In this document: piece after piece, positions 30,971 to 32,000 of the stretch
Layout: each line of letters begins with the position of its first letter
How positions within the stretch are numbered: position 1 is the first letter of the stretch
DNA from: Pyrodictium abyssi
Lineage (GTDB): Archaea > Thermoproteota > Thermoprotei_A > Sulfolobales > Pyrodictiaceae
Assembly: GCF_036323395.1 (NCBI RefSeq)
Contig: NZ_AP028907.1
Coordinates: forward strand, 2,070,001-2,102,000
Direction of reading: 5' to 3'
Length of the DNA stretch: 32,000 bases
Made by a program: the position numbers and the translations under genes
Notes under the pieces: generated by a model
What the model was told of the DNA's origin: nothing
Databases searched by the model: none
Seen by the model: the letters and a program-made list of their open reading frames with translations, nothing else

Positions 30971-32000
30971 CCGGCTTCCAGGTGGTTATCCGGACCGGTG
31001 TGTAGCCCAGCTCGATCTCGCCGCTGGCGTTCATCACTGCTAGCGTGTGCTTCAGCCAGTTCTCGTCGTCGCGGCGGGGATAGTCGACGCGGTAGTGGGC
31101 GCCCCGGCTCTCGGTCCGGGCGAGCGCCGAGACGGCCACGGCCAGCGCCACGTCGAGCATGTTGGCGGTCTCGAGCACTGCCACCAGGTCGGTGTTGTAG
31201 ACCCTGCTCTTGTCGTGGGGGTAGACGTTCCTCATCGCCTCGCGTAGCTTCTTTATCCGGCGCACGGCCTCCTCGAGGCCGCTCCTGTCGCGGAAGACGT
31301 AGACGTAGCGGTCCATGGTCTCCTGTAGCCTCTCGCGGACCTCGTAGACGCTCTCCCCGCTCTCCCGCTTCAGCAGCTCGTCGTAGACACGCTTCTCCTC
31401 CCTCGAGACCCTCTCCCTGCTGGGCCCCCTGGGGGCTCCCGGGTGCTTCTCTAGGAAGCGGAGAACCTGGCGGCCCACAAGCCTCCCGCTGACGAGGCAC
31501 TCTATGGTGCTGTTCGAGCCCAGACGGTTGGCCCCGTGGATGCTCGCCGCGGCCGCCTCGCCCGCAGCCCATAGGCCGCGTACCCAACGGCCGTCGGCGG
31601 CTAGGACGCGGTAGTAGCCGTCGGTGTGTATCCCGCCCATAGTGTAGTGGGCTACGGGGCGCACCGGGAGGGGCTCCTCGACGGGGTCCACCCCGGCGTG
31701 CTTGATGGCTATCTCGCGGACCGCGGGGAGCCGCTCGCTTATCCGCTCCTCGCCTAGGTGGCGTAGGTCGAGGAGCACGTACTCTAGCCCCGTGTGCTCG
31801 TCGCGTAGCCCCCGGCCCTCCATTATCTCGGTCATGATGGCCCTCGAGACCACGTCTCGGGGCGCTAGCTCCATCCGCTCCGGCGCGTAGCGCTTCATGA
31901 AGCGCTCTCCCCTGGCGTTGACGAGGTAGCCGCCCTCGCCCCGGGCGCCCTCGGTGATCAGTATCCCGCTGGGCACCAGCCCCGTGGGGTGGAACTGTAT
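30954..32000 (-). CDS. sdhA: succinate dehydrogenase flavoprotein subunit (5' part lies beyond the window end)
   Basis: The frame is open to nt 32000 ([26 protein letters not shown]...). It shows HYTMGG, the [11 protein letters not shown] region and [10 protein letters not shown]. The track start at 31976 is an internal GTG. Confidence 0.95.
   Translation of the reverse strand: MQFHPTGLVPSGILITEGARGEGGYLVNARGERFMKRYAPERMELAPRDVVSRAIMTEIMEGRGLRDEHTGLEYVLLDLRHLGEERISERLPAVREIAIKHAGVDPVEEPLPVRPVAHYTMGGIHTDGYYRVLAADGRWVRGLWAAGEAAAASIHGANRLGSNSTIECLVSGRLVGRQVLRFLEKHPGAPRGPSRERVSREEKRVYDELLKRESGESVYEVRERLQETMDRYVYVFRDRSGLEEAVRRIKKLREAMRNVYPHDKSRVYNTDLVAVLETANMLDVALAVAVSALARTESRGAHYRVDYPRRDDENWLKHTLAVMNASGEIELGYTPVRITTWKPVERRY

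Overview
GC-rich (roughly 60% by eye, not computed), tightly packed archaeal chromosomal window. Codon usage (AGG Arg, ATA Ile), frequent GGAGGTG Shine-Dalgarno boxes and 4-nt gene overlaps suggest a hyperthermophilic crenarchaeon of the Desulfurococcales/Aeropyrum type; that taxon call is inference only. Content from left to right: (1) a plus-strand operon of moxR-type AAA+ ATPase (5' truncated), DUF58 and two unassignable membrane proteins. (2) A minus-strand LIV-type ABC importer operon livG / 643-aa acyl-CoA synthetase / livH / livM / binding protein / livF, facing a second, divergent ANL-family ligase. (3) A ~1.3 kb islet of unknown function (12.85-14.15 kb) with a low-GC stretch, a 58-aa ORF below the track cutoff, two tandem duplications, a small HTH-like ORF and a 107-aa ORF that is 18% Trp. 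(4) A GPN-loop GTPase. (5) A branched-chain amino-acid biosynthesis supercluster: leuC-leuB-leuA (minus) divergent from ilvB-ilvN, ilvC, ilvD-leuD (plus). (6) A malic enzyme. (7) A ModE-HTH/PBP regulator divergent from tupABC (tungstate ABC importer). (8) sdhA-sdhC-sdhD-sdhB (minus, sdhA truncated by the window end). I recognised no rRNA, tRNA, CRISPR array, transposase or integrase. The most unusual signal is the leuA/ilvB control region. A perfect 24-nt inverted repeat puts the same SD + out-of-frame ATG mini-ORF on both gene 5' ends. leuA has no canonical start codon upstream of its essential DTTLRDGDQ motif. The ilvB leader carries two more SD-led mini-ORFs, and the liv operon leader has a similar SD-led mini-ORF. 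Together these suggest an undescribed uORF/reinitiation-based control of branched-chain amino-acid genes, which is a hypothesis only. Several ORF-track starts are GTGs lying inside SD boxes, so I moved those starts to the ATG that follows.
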